From Bacteroidota bacterium (GTDB lineage: Bacteria > Bacteroidota > Ignavibacteria > UBA10030): a stretch of DNA of 64,000 nt. The notes below the pieces were generated by a model. It was not told the origin of the DNA, did no database searches, and saw nothing but the letters and a program-made list of their open reading frames with translations. Shown here one piece after another: positions 1 through 8,416 of the stretch (within the stretch, counting starts at the first letter, position 1; each line of letters opens with the position of its first letter). The position numbers were made by a program, and so were the translations under genes. The stretch covers positions 78,245 through 142,244 of the forward strand of contig JBGFRO010000041.1 in NCBI GenBank assembly GCA_041695085.1, given 5' to 3'.

Positions 1-1710
1 ACCCTCATCGATTTTATTTCCATTCACATCGTATCCATACAAATTCATCCCGCCAGCCCGCTGAACAAAAATGTCATATTCCTTGCGCAGATTCGGATCG
101 GCAGCGAGTTTGGCTGGGGTGTACTTATCACCCGACTGGGCAATGAAGTTGTTGTAGGCCGCAATGTTGCCGACGGAGAAGAGCCGCATCGTCCACGAGT
201 CGATCTTACCACCCGCTTTCAACTCCCACTGAGGATTAATCTGCGAGGTAAAGTCGACCGTCAAACCTATCGATTGCTGACTGTTGAGCTGGTAGGAGTT
301 GTTCACGGCGAACGGATGGGCAAAACCGAAGCCGAAGATCACAGAGTAGCCCGGAGGACCGTTGTAGCGAGTCAGGAACTCCGTCGATCCCTTTTCCGTG
401 ATATACCCTTTTTCCCGTGCAGCGACACTATCGCTATAGAGCTTCCAGTCATCGCCGTAATCAGGATCGTAGGCACGGAAGTCACGATTGTAGTACGAGA
501 CACCAACTTCGTAGAAGGTCTTGGGGCCGAGAACGTGTGTGAGGCGGAGGTTGGCAAGCGTGTTCTTCGTTTCCTGGCGGTAATCACGCTGCCAGAAGAG
601 ATTCTGGAGTCCGACCGGCCAGTTACGACCCGTTGGAAGATCCACTTCACCATAGTTGCCCGTGAAGCGAATCTTAATCGGGTTCATATCGTACAGCAAC
701 GTTCCCTGGACGGAGTTGTCGTTCCGCCAGTTCTTGTACATGTAGTTTTTCTTGATCTCGATCGGACCCGGAAGCGGTGTCCCCGCGGGCCGTGTTCCGA
801 ACGCATCCGTCACCATATTCTCGAACACGAACGGCTCAAGACGGACGTTGCTGCGATTGCGCAGGTAGTTATGCTGACCTGCGACGAAGTAACGTAGGTT
901 GGAAACAATTGGACCACTCAACGTCACAACGGCATTGCGATAACCTCTGGCGGTCGTTCCAAGAAATTCCTTACCGGGTCCAGCAAAGTCATCCGTCTGA
1001 TAGTCAACCGATGCCTTGAACTGTGGTCCTCCCGTCCGTAAGGTCGTTCGGACGATACCGGAGTTTGCTCCACCAAACTCTGCCGTGTAACCGCCGGACT
1101 GAAGCTGAAACTCCTCGATGGCTTCTTGAATGGGGCTTACAGCTTCGCTTCGGAAGAGTGGGTTGGTGGTATTCGCGCCGTCAATGAAGTATGCAACTTC
1201 ACCGGCTCGACCACCGCGGATGTACAATGTTCCGTCTTGCTGAACGACGCCCGCGTTGTAGGCCAACATGTTTTGCAGTCCGCGAACGGGAATCGTCCGA
1301 ATCTCCTCCTGCGTGCTGATGCGAACCGTGTTGGTTGTGTTGCGCTGGATGAGCGGACGGTCGGCAACGACTTCTACCGCCTGCACCTGGATGGCCGTGC
1401 TGGAAAGTTTAAAGTCCTGCGTGGTTGTGATGTTGGAGCTCACGCGGATGTTCGAGATCGACACAGGTGCGTATCCGATGTACGACACGCGCACCGTGTA
1501 GACTCCCGGAGGAACCGAAAGGATGACGTACTCACCGTTGATGTCGGTCGACGCACCCAGATTCGTCCCTTCGATGACCACGTTCGCACCGATGAGCGGC
1601 TCGCCCGATTCCCTATCGGTTACGATACCGCGCAACTTTCCATCCTGCGCGAGCACCATCACCGGAAGCAGAAACAGAGCGAGGAAAGCTACGAGTAGCT
1701 TACGGTACAT
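1..1710 (-). CDS. TonB-dependent outer-membrane receptor with N-terminal carboxypeptidase-regulatory-like domain (runs off the window edge)
   Basis: Manual translation from ATG 1710 (SD AAGGAGG upstream): MYRKLLVAFLALFLLPVMVLAQDGKLRGIVTDRESGEPLIGANVVIEGT...YIRGGRAGEVAYFIDG...IEEFQLQSGGYTAEFGGANSGIV. This is a signal peptide, CarboxypepD_reg-like domain and plug motif. Absent from the ORF track because no stop lies in the window. Confidence 0.9.
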   Translation of the reverse strand, partial: MYRKLLVAFLALFLLPVMVLAQDGKLRGIVTDRESGEPLIGANVVIEGTNLGASTDINGEYVILSVPPGVYTVRVSYIGYAPVSISNIRVSSNITTTQDFKLSSTAIQVQAVEVVADRPLIQRNTTNTVRISTQEEIRTIPVRGLQNMLAYNAGVVQQDGTLYIRGGRAGEVAYFIDGANTTNPLFRSEAVSPIQEAIEEFQLQSGGYTAEFGGANSGIVRTTLRTGGPQFKASVDYQTDDFAGPGKEFLGTTARGYRNAVVTLSGPIVSNLRYFVAGQHNYLRNRSNVRLEPFVFENMVTDAFGTRPAGTPLPGPIEIKKNYMYKNWRNDNSVQGTLLYDMNPIKIRFTGNYGEVDLPTGRNWPVGLQNLFWQRDYRQETKNTLANLRLTHVLGPKTFYEVGVSYYNRDFRAYDPDYGDDWKLYSDSVAAREKGYITEKGSTEFLTRYNGPPGYSVIFGFGFAHPFAVNNSYQLNSQQSIGLTVDFTSQINPQWELKAGGKIDSWTMRLFSVGNIAAYNNFIAQSGDKYTPAKLAADPNLRKEYDIFVQRAGGMNLYGYDVNGNKIDEG

Positions 1711-1723
1711 ATGATACCTCCTT

Positions 1724-1870
1724 CTAGGTGTGGAGAAAGGTGAAATGAAGGTATGAAACGAGTAGCCCCTTGCAAACCATGCTGAGGAGCCGAGGGCTTA
1801 ATTGAGAAGTCGTCGCAAATTGAATTGTTCGAGCGGACTGCCAACAGAACATCTTCGCTCGAATTAGCAT
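1724..1870 (-). CDS. Putative 48-aa leader peptide upstream of the TonB-dependent receptor
   Basis: SD AAAGGAGGTGA directly before ATG 1870. The ORF MLIRAKMFCWQSARTIQFATTSQLSPRLLSMVCKGLLVSYLHFTFLHT ends in TAG abutting the receptor SD. SD-ATG spacing is short. Confidence 0.35.
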   Translation of the reverse strand: MLIRAKMFCWQSARTIQFATTSQLSPRLLSMVCKGLLVSYLHFTFLHT

Positions 1871-2043
1871 GTCACCTCCTTTAAAGTCGAGATGCTAACG
1901 CGGATGATTGAATGATGTTGGATAAACGAAGAGAATTTCGGGATATGAAACGCAACGCCGGCGAGACTCGGTATCTCACCGACCAGCGAACGGGGCACCT
2001 CCTTCTTCAGGTTGGCGTTCGGTTATGTGGCTGAGGACGGCCT

Positions 2044-2072
2044 AATATAGAAGTTGGCCTCTCGTTTGTCAA
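2044..2072 (-). promoter_or_regulatory. sigma70-type promoter for the TonB receptor transcript
   Basis: TTGACA-17 bp-TATATT on the minus strand. Confidence 0.7.
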
Positions 2073-2212
2073 GTACTTTTTCAGCGACTCGTGACATTTT
2101 CCATATCTCTCAAGCCCCAATTGCTGGAAACCCTTTTTTGTAATGGGAAATCAATAAGGAGAAGTAGGTACCCGGCACCCTTTTCATATGTAAAACCTCT
2201 CTCGCAACAACA

Positions 2213-2611
2213 CTACTCACGATCCTTCCGCCAGAACGATCTTCGCTCGCTCCATTTGCTCTGAAGATTGCCCGCTATGGCCCGAACGTGCCAATAATAC
2301 TTGCCCGATGGGAGCGCCTGTGACCGAACGGAGGTACTGTCAAGAACATGCACTTCTCGCACCCGCACAAATGTGGAATCTTCGGAAAGCTCAAATTGAT
2401 ATCGCTGAGCGCCGGGGACGGCTCGCCATCGCGCAAGAACGCTGTTGCTGCTCCATAAAAACTTTCCGTCGTTCGGACCAATCAAGGAAGGAGGATCGAG
2501 ACTCAGGAGCGTGACACCAACGGGAATCAACTTCGAAGAAGCCTCATCGCGCATACACCCGATCAACAGCGCAAGAGTCAACAGCATCGCGAGAAGAGTT
2601 ATCTTCATCAT
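2213..2611 (-). CDS. Small lipoprotein with a fibronectin-III/Ig-like beta domain
   Basis: SD GGAGGTGA, then MMKITLLAMLLTLALLIGC lipobox. The pattern W..VPGA..Y.FELSED..F...LPSGKYYWHVRA...SKWSE.RSF is typical of FnIII-like modules. Confidence 0.7.
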   Translation of the reverse strand: MMKITLLAMLLTLALLIGCMRDEASSKLIPVGVTLLSLDPPSLIGPNDGKFLWSSNSVLARWRAVPGAQRYQFELSEDSTFVRVREVHVLDSTSVRSQALPSGKYYWHVRAIAGNLQSKWSERRSFWRKDRE

Positions 2612-2649
2612 CGTTCGATCACCTCCACCTCCCACTCTGAGGTGAAGGC

Positions 2650-2678
2650 AACCTAATAAATGTGTGATTGAATGTCAA
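2650..2678 (-). promoter_or_regulatory. sigma70-type promoter for the lipoprotein gene
   Basis: TTGACA-17 bp-TAGGTT; the -35 overlaps the left direct repeat of repeat copy 1. Confidence 0.45.
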
Positions 2679-2715
2679 CTCCTTAAATCCGATTTAGAGA
2701 GCCGTTACAACTTAA

Positions 2716-2889
2716 CTCAAGTTAACCGTCTGATCGTGTGAGGGGCTAAAGCCCCAGGAGTTTTATTGGGCTTTCCGTATCCCCGACCTAAAGGTCGGGG
2801 CTATAGCCACGTCCTTTAGGAGGTGGATAAAAATTTCAAACAATAATTTCAGGGGTTTCAACCCCTTACCCAAAAGCGGTCAACTTGAG
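2716..2889. mobile_element. 174-bp MITE/REP-cluster element nested in copy 1
   Basis: Ends CTCAAGTTAACCG / CGGTCAACTTGAG. AACTTAA is duplicated at 2709-2715 and 2890-2896 but single at the empty site in copy 3. Internal palindromes at 2742-2755, 2781-2800 and 2852-2865. Confidence 0.85.
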
Positions 2890-3078
2890 AACTTAACTTG
2901 AGCAAGCGGGAGGAGGTCGAAATCACGGCGCGCGGGTTGGAAAGCGATGGCGTGCGTTCAATTCTTGGCGCACTCCCGTCTCACGTCCATCACCTCCTTC
3001 CGCAGATGCGCCAAGAATTGTGGGTGGTGTGGAGGAACGGCCATCGCGTGCGTTTGATTTCGGCACGTTTTCTTTTGT

Positions 3079-3216
3079 GAGGCTATGCACAATGGAGGGC
3101 GAGAAGCCTTCTCGCCCACAGTGGTGTTGCGAAAACTGTCTGAATTCCGAAAACTGTCTGAATTCCTCAAAGCTCGAACTCGCACATCACGTCGATTGAA
3201 CTTTTTGCATAGCCTC
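3079..3216. mobile_element. 138-bp inverted-repeat-bounded module nested in copy 1
   Basis: Ends GAGGCTATGCACAA / TTTTGCATAGCCTC. Internal hairpin GGGCGAGAA-GCC-TTCTCGCCC and an exact 18-bp tandem duplication CGAAAACTGTCTGAATTC (3130-3165). Confidence 0.75.
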
Positions 3217-3411
3217 GAGCGGATTCTCGCGTTGCGGGTTATGACGTTCACCTCTGCGGTGAAGAAGAGTGTGTCCATTTCGAACGGATGTAGTTCTGGG
3301 AACCTACGACAGAACACGCCTCTATGTCGGAATCAAGGTCAACTTCGACACCTTGCATTTGCTGCTCATTTGGTGTAGATTTTTCCGTCCTCTCACCACA
3401 ATCATATCTGC

Positions 3412-5463
3412 ATGAAACTACGACGGCTTGTCGTTTCAGATTCTATTGTACTCCTTTCTCTTCTGCTCCTCATCTTCCTTCCCGGCTGTGGGCAAAGGGA
3501 GACCAACCGGCAAGGATCGTCTTCCAACGAGAGGGGCAACTTTGCCGGGAGTGAATCGTGCGCATCGTGTCACGCGGAGATCTACCGGACGTTCCGACAG
3601 ACAGGAATGGGACGCAGTCTCTCCCCTATCAACGCAACAAGCCTCGAGTCGGCCTTGAAACATGCAAAGCCTGTGTATGATCCCAAAACAGACTTCTTTT
3701 ATGAGGTTTTCGAAAGGGAAGGAAGAATCGGCCTCCGGGAATATAGAATAGAGGCGGGAGAAGTCGTGTTTGAGCAAACCCGTTATGCTCGCTATCAGGT
3801 GGGCAGCGGGAACCAAACCGTCAGCTTCATCGAAGAGGTGAACGGCTACCTCTTTGAGATGCCGCTCACGTGGTATACAAACAAGCGGATCTGGGACTTG
3901 AGTCCGGGTTATGAATTTCACAACTGGCGATTTGACCGGCCCATCTCCTCCTCATGCATGAATTGCCATAATTCGCCCACGGTGCGAACTGCCGAGACAG
4001 AGAATCACTTCACAAATGTCCCGTTTGGTATCGGCTGCGAAAACTGTCACGGCCCGGGGGGTGAACACGTCGCACTCGCTTTGGAGGGAAGAATCACGAA
4101 GTGGCAACGCGACAACCTCGCCATCGTATCGCCAGACCGACTTGATCGTACCATTCAAATGGATATCTGTCAAACGTGCCATTTGGAGGGTATAGCGGTA
4201 TGGAATGATAGTATCGAGCCGCATATGGTAGAGGTTGCACGACCGCTTGTTACTTACAAACAGGTCTTCGCAGCAAGCACTGCCCTGGAGAGCGAATCGG
4301 AATTTGCTATTGCGGCACAAGCAGGCCGATTAAGGAAGAGCCTCTGCTATCAAAAAAGTGACGTGATGACTTGCACGACGTGTCACGATCCTCACCGGCC
4401 ACCGGAATTGCAGGGCCGCGAGGCATTCAACGTCACGTGTAACTCATGCCATTCCGATGCAATGGCACATACGCTTTGTTCGCTGCCGAACGCGTCGGTG
4501 GCAAACAACTCCGACTGTATTTCTTGCCACATGAACGTAGGAGAGACGAGCGATATTCCGCACGTTTCCTTTACCGACCATTACATTCGACGATCGATTC
4601 GGCGGGAGGAGAGAACCCCCAAAACAGAGAAGAAGCAACCTACACAACTCATTCCAGTGCTCACGAGCGACGACACGGTCGAGCAAAAGAGGGCTCTTGG
4701 GCTCGCTTACTTCGATTATTTTCAGAACCATCAATCTGATCTGCGATTTCTCGACAGCACGATCCATTATCTCGAACGGGTGCTTCGACAGAAACCAGCG
4801 CGTAGAGACGGTGAAGATCTATATGCCCTCGGCAATGCCTACTTTCTCAAAGGGAACTTTACCGAAGCGGAACGGAAATTCAAGGGCGCCATCGTCCAGA
4901 ATCCACAACATGCTCGGGCTCATCAGATGTTAGGACGAACACTGCTAGCCACCGGAGCGATTGATGGGGCCGTCTCCGCTTTCTCGGAAGGGATCCATGC
5001 CCAACCACTCCTGATCGAAAACCACTTAGGGCTTGCAGAGGCGTTGCTGCAACGCGGCGACCTGAACGAGGCATTCCGGCATGCACAAGAAGCAATCCGG
5101 CTCGACTCACTTTCATATCCCGACGCGTTCGTTCTTCTGGGACGTATCGAAGAGGCGCGCGGGAACACAATGGAAGCGCGCGGATATTACATTCAAACGC
5201 TCCAACGCAATCCAGATCATCGAACCGCACTCATCAACATCGGGGCGTTGCTGATGCAGGAGAAGCGATGGGAGGAGGCGATCATATTCTTCGATCAGGT
5301 GCTCAAGAAAGACCCCCGGCACGTCGGCGCGTTGAACAACGTCCTCGTTTGCCTCATCAATCTTCAGCGACGGCGGGAGGCTCGCGAAGTGGCTCAACAA
5401 ATTCTCGCTCTGCAACCGGACCACTCACAGGCCCGCAAGGCCCTCACGTTCCTCGGCCGATGA
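3412..5463 (+). CDS. Multiheme c-type cytochrome lipoprotein with C-terminal TPR array
   Basis: Lipobox LPGC. Seven CxxCH motifs (CASCH, CMNCH, CENCH, CQTCH, CTTCH, CNSCH, CISCH), an FTDHYIR motif, then several TPR-like repeats. Confidence 0.9.
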   Translation: MKLRRLVVSDSIVLLSLLLLIFLPGCGQRETNRQGSSSNERGNFAGSESCASCHAEIYRTFRQTGMGRSLSPINATSLESALKHAKPVYDPKTDFFYEVFEREGRIGLREYRIEAGEVVFEQTRYARYQVGSGNQTVSFIEEVNGYLFEMPLTWYTNKRIWDLSPGYEFHNWRFDRPISSSCMNCHNSPTVRTAETENHFTNVPFGIGCENCHGPGGEHVALALEGRITKWQRDNLAIVSPDRLDRTIQMDICQTCHLEGIAVWNDSIEPHMVEVARPLVTYKQVFAASTALESESEFAIAAQAGRLRKSLCYQKSDVMTCTTCHDPHRPPELQGREAFNVTCNSCHSDAMAHTLCSLPNASVANNSDCISCHMNVGETSDIPHVSFTDHYIRRSIRREERTPKTEKKQPTQLIPVLTSDDTVEQKRALGLAYFDYFQNHQSDLRFLDSTIHYLERVLRQKPARRDGEDLYALGNAYFLKGNFTEAERKFKGAIVQNPQHARAHQMLGRTLLATGAIDGAVSAFSEGIHAQPLLIENHLGLAEALLQRGDLNEAFRHAQEAIRLDSLSYPDAFVLLGRIEEARGNTMEARGYYIQTLQRNPDHRTALINIGALLMQEKRWEEAIIFFDQVLKKDPRHVGALNNVLVCLINLQRRREAREVAQQILALQPDHSQARKALTFLGR

Positions 5464-6404
5464 AACGACTTCTTTTTGTTGCTACTTTCATCACCCTTGT
5501 CTCCGGTTGTTCAAAGCCGCCCGACACCATCCGCCTACCGCTCGAAGGTGCACAGGGGAAGAAGACTGCTTCGTTCTACCTTGGGATGATCCCCGGCGTT
5601 CAACCTCATCACGCGCTGAGGCTTGACGAGAAGGGAGTCCAACTTCGGCGTTCCATCGTCTCCGACGCTGCACCGGAACTTGGCGAGCTGTTGGATCGGC
5701 TGCGGCAGGACGATTCTCTGGCGAAGGAGTCGTGGAATGAATTCGCGGTCGAGATCGACAAGCGTTGGAATTCTCTCCCCCCTTCACTCGACGCGCTCAT
5801 TGAATCGGAAAATTCAGACAATGGGACGAACACTCCCTTCGTACTTTCGGTATATGGTGCTATGACCACCTATCGGCGCGACATTCAGGTCCCGCGAAAG
5901 TCGTTGGAGGATGCTCTTCTCTACTACTGGGATCGCGGGGAAAAGCTGATCTATCCCCCCGGTACGACGATCATCGCTTATCATAAAGACGAAAGGGGAA
6001 AGACTGTGGAAGTAACTGCGAAGAGAAAACGAGAAGATGGATTCTGGGATTTTGGAGTCTATGGTGACGACGGACAGCGTACATCAAGAACGGTCTCTCC
6101 ACCGACCCCTTACGCTGCACCCACACAATGTGTGGGATGTCATCTTGGAACGATGCCGTATGAACCGGAAGCGTCGTTCTTGTTAGAGGGAGATGAACCG
6201 TCGGGACGTGAATATCTTCTTCTCGACCGGCGACTCAGGAACGAGAAAGTAGTCAATCTGTTGAATGAACACGCACGGCGCTCGGATAACGTCCTCGGTG
6301 TCTATGGCACCGTCTATCTCGCCGAGATTCTAAGTCTGCCACCCGCGCATCGCACACCCACTCAGAAGCAGATTGTCGATCTTTTCAAAGATCGTGTTCG
6401 CTAA
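5460..6404 (+). CDS. Lipoprotein with a single C-terminal-domain heme, cytochrome P460-like
   Basis: Start ATG overlaps the upstream TGA (ATGA). Lipobox VSGC. The layout YPPGTTII...TAKRK...GFWDFGVYGDDG...CVGCH resembles the cytochrome P460 family. Confidence 0.6.
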   Translation: MKRLLFVATFITLVSGCSKPPDTIRLPLEGAQGKKTASFYLGMIPGVQPHHALRLDEKGVQLRRSIVSDAAPELGELLDRLRQDDSLAKESWNEFAVEIDKRWNSLPPSLDALIESENSDNGTNTPFVLSVYGAMTTYRRDIQVPRKSLEDALLYYWDRGEKLIYPPGTTIIAYHKDERGKTVEVTAKRKREDGFWDFGVYGDDGQRTSRTVSPPTPYAAPTQCVGCHLGTMPYEPEASFLLEGDEPSGREYLLLDRRLRNEKVVNLLNEHARRSDNVLGVYGTVYLAEILSLPPAHRTPTQKQIVDLFKDRVR

Positions 6405-6411
6405 CCGCTAC

Positions 6412-6559
6412 CAGTTGTTGAAAAAGGAAACCGCCAAGACGCGAAGGACGCCACGGTGAACAGACAGGTCTTATTTCTTTTAGATTTCAACAAAATTCCT
6501 TCGCGCTCTTGGCGTCTTAGCGGTTGAACTTTCATTCATAAAGTTTTTTCAACATCCTG
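6412..6559. mobile_element. MITE-like palindromic element between convergent genes
   Basis: Ends CAGTTGTTGAAAAA / TTTTTCAACATCCTG. Internal inverted arms AACCGCCAAGACGC (6429) and GCGTCTTAGCGGTT (to 6525). Abuts the serA stop codon. Confidence 0.65.
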
Positions 6560-8137
6560 CTAGAGTTTGACTGCCTTCACTTCAAACACGCCGTCAATTT
6601 GTTCGAGCTTCTTCAGGAGATCAGATGATATGGGGCTATCGACGTTGATAATCGTGAGGGCCTTTTGTCCCGGTTTGTCGCGCCCCAACGAAAGGCCTGC
6701 AATGTTGATATTCTCCGCGGCCAGCATGGTACCAACGCTTGCCAGCATACCGGGTCGGTCAATGTTGGAGTAGATCAGCAAGTGCCCTTCGGGATTCACT
6801 TCGAAGTGATAGTCGTCGATGCGGACAATACGTGCATGGGAATTGCCGAAAACCGTTCCTGCAAAGCGACGCGATTCGTTTGTCGTCTCATACTTCAACG
6901 TAACAAGGTGCGCATACGCCTCGTTATCACTTTCTCGCTCTTCGTCGATGATCAGGCCGAGTTCCCGTGCAATAGCCGGGGCATTGACGAGGTTAACGGG
7001 TTCGGTCATCAAGTAAGAAAAGATGCCTTTGAGAATCGCTGCCGTGATAAGTTCCATGGAGCTTGTCAGGAATGTGCCGGTGCATGCTACCGAGATGCGA
7101 CGTAATTGTCCCGACATGATTTGCGCCTGTAAGCTTCCGAGTTTTTCCGCAAGATGAACGAAGGGCCTCAGTTCCTTCTTGAGCGCCATTTGGAGCGCCT
7201 CGGCGTTCACGGCCCCCGATATGCCTCGTTCCTTCAGCGCGTCCGCAATCTGATGTGCGATTTGCCTGGCAACCTTTTCCTGTGCCTCTTCGGTCGATGC
7301 ACCCAGATGCGGAGTTGCGATCACGCGCGGATGTCGCAGCAACGGATGATCACCGGGAGGCTCTTTCACAAACACATCGAGCGCAGCTCCTGCCACCTTC
7401 CCCGATTCGAGTCCCCGCAGAAGAGCATCTTCATCCACAATACCGCCGCGCGCACAGTTGATGATGCGAACCCCCTCCTTGCATTGCGCAATGGTGCGGT
7501 CGTTGAGGAGCCCTCGGGTTTCGTCTGTGAGCGGCGTGTGAACTGTGATGAAATCGGATCTCCTGAACAGCTCATCAAGTGAAACAAGTTCGATGTTCAA
7601 CTTCGCGGCAACTTCTCTTGACATGACAGGATCGTACCCGATCGTCACCATGCCGAAGGCCTGGCACCGCACGGCAACCTCGCGGCCAATTTTGCCGAGT
7701 CCGACAATTCCGATCGTTTTGCCAAGAAGTTCCGTTCCCGTGTACTTCTTGCGATCCCATCTCCCCTGTCGCAGCGATTCGGTGGCCTGAGGAATGTTCC
7801 GGGAAAGCGAGAGGATCATGCACATCGTATGTTCGGCGGTCGAAATGGTGTTACCACCGGGAGTGTTCATCACAATGATGCCGCGCCGCGTCGCAGCATC
7901 GACGTCGACGTTGTCTACACCTGCACCCGCACGTCCGATGACCTTCAGGTTTTTCGCAGCCGAGATGACATCCGCGGTCACCTTCGTGCCGCTTCGGATA
8001 ACCAGACCGTCGTACCCACCGATGATTTCTTTGAGCTGGTCGGCCGGGACGTTCGGTCGGGCATCAACCTCAAAGCCTTCGCTTTTCAATATGTCTGCGC
8101 AGATTTGTTCGAGCGGATCACTAATGAGGATTTTCAT
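6560..8137 (-). CDS. serA: D-3-phosphoglycerate dehydrogenase (with ASB and ACT domains)
   Basis: GRAGAGVDNVD, GLGKIG, INCARGG, TPHLGAST, C-terminal ACT domain (DRPGML). Confidence 0.97.
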   Translation of the reverse strand: MKILISDPLEQICADILKSEGFEVDARPNVPADQLKEIIGGYDGLVIRSGTKVTADVISAAKNLKVIGRAGAGVDNVDVDAATRRGIIVMNTPGGNTISTAEHTMCMILSLSRNIPQATESLRQGRWDRKKYTGTELLGKTIGIVGLGKIGREVAVRCQAFGMVTIGYDPVMSREVAAKLNIELVSLDELFRRSDFITVHTPLTDETRGLLNDRTIAQCKEGVRIINCARGGIVDEDALLRGLESGKVAGAALDVFVKEPPGDHPLLRHPRVIATPHLGASTEEAQEKVARQIAHQIADALKERGISGAVNAEALQMALKKELRPFVHLAEKLGSLQAQIMSGQLRRISVACTGTFLTSSMELITAAILKGIFSYLMTEPVNLVNAPAIARELGLIIDEERESDNEAYAHLVTLKYETTNESRRFAGTVFGNSHARIVRIDDYHFEVNPEGHLLIYSNIDRPGMLASVGTMLAAENINIAGLSLGRDKPGQKALTIINVDSPISSDLLKKLEQIDGVFEVKAVKL

Positions 8138-8219
8138 TGGTTCGATGGATCGGTCAGATTGTCGTTGGATTATTCAGAGCTTGCTATTCAAAGTGAATCC
8201 CTCATTTCTGAAGGATTGC

Positions 8220-8298
8220 CTCCCCCTCTCTCCCCCTCAGTGGGGGGGACATCTCGCGCGCATCTCTCCCCCTCCACGAGGGGGACCAAGGGGGAGGA
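8220..8298. repeat. C/G-run palindromic REP-like repeat
   Basis: CTCCCCCTCTCTCCCCCTCAGTGGGGGGA...TCTCTCCCCCTCCACGAGGGGGACCAAGGGGGAG: two nested hairpins in the aminotransferase-serA spacer. Confidence 0.6.
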
Positions 8299-8416
8299 TT
8301 TGGAAGATCTGTTCTCTTACAATTTCCGCGAGAGTTATTTAGGACAGGTCTGATTCATTGTCTTATGCTCAGGCACTCAGCCCGTGCAGGGTCGTGATAT
8401 GGTGTTTCGAATACTC

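Larger units (their letters stand above)
2681..3338. mobile_element. Structured non-autonomous repeat element, copy 1 (carries two nested modules)
   Basis: Near-identical to 48147-48516 apart from two inserts. Ends CCTTAAATCCGA / TCGGAATCAAGG form an imperfect inverted repeat. Flanked by TCAACT at 2675-2680 and 3339-3344. Confidence 0.85.

Noticed and set aside
274-1698. Plus-strand ORFs 274-897 and 1126-1698
   Set aside because: Antisense to the TonB-dependent receptor, which the ORF track missed because it runs off the edge.
3130-3165. 18-bp direct repeat as a possible CRISPR
   Set aside because: Only two adjacent units with no spacer, and no cas genes in the window.
2958-3317. Paralogous ORFs MFCRRF.ELHPFEMDTLFFTAEVNV here and at 48208-48495
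   Set aside because: Both lie inside the repeat element, diverge at the swapped module and have no properly spaced SD. The similarity follows from the DNA repeat.
5268-5459. N-terminal extensions in the ORF track (5268, 9664, 22591, 52986, 57545 and others)
   Set aside because: They overlap neighbouring genes or precede the SD and signal peptide. Downstream starts fit the protein families better.
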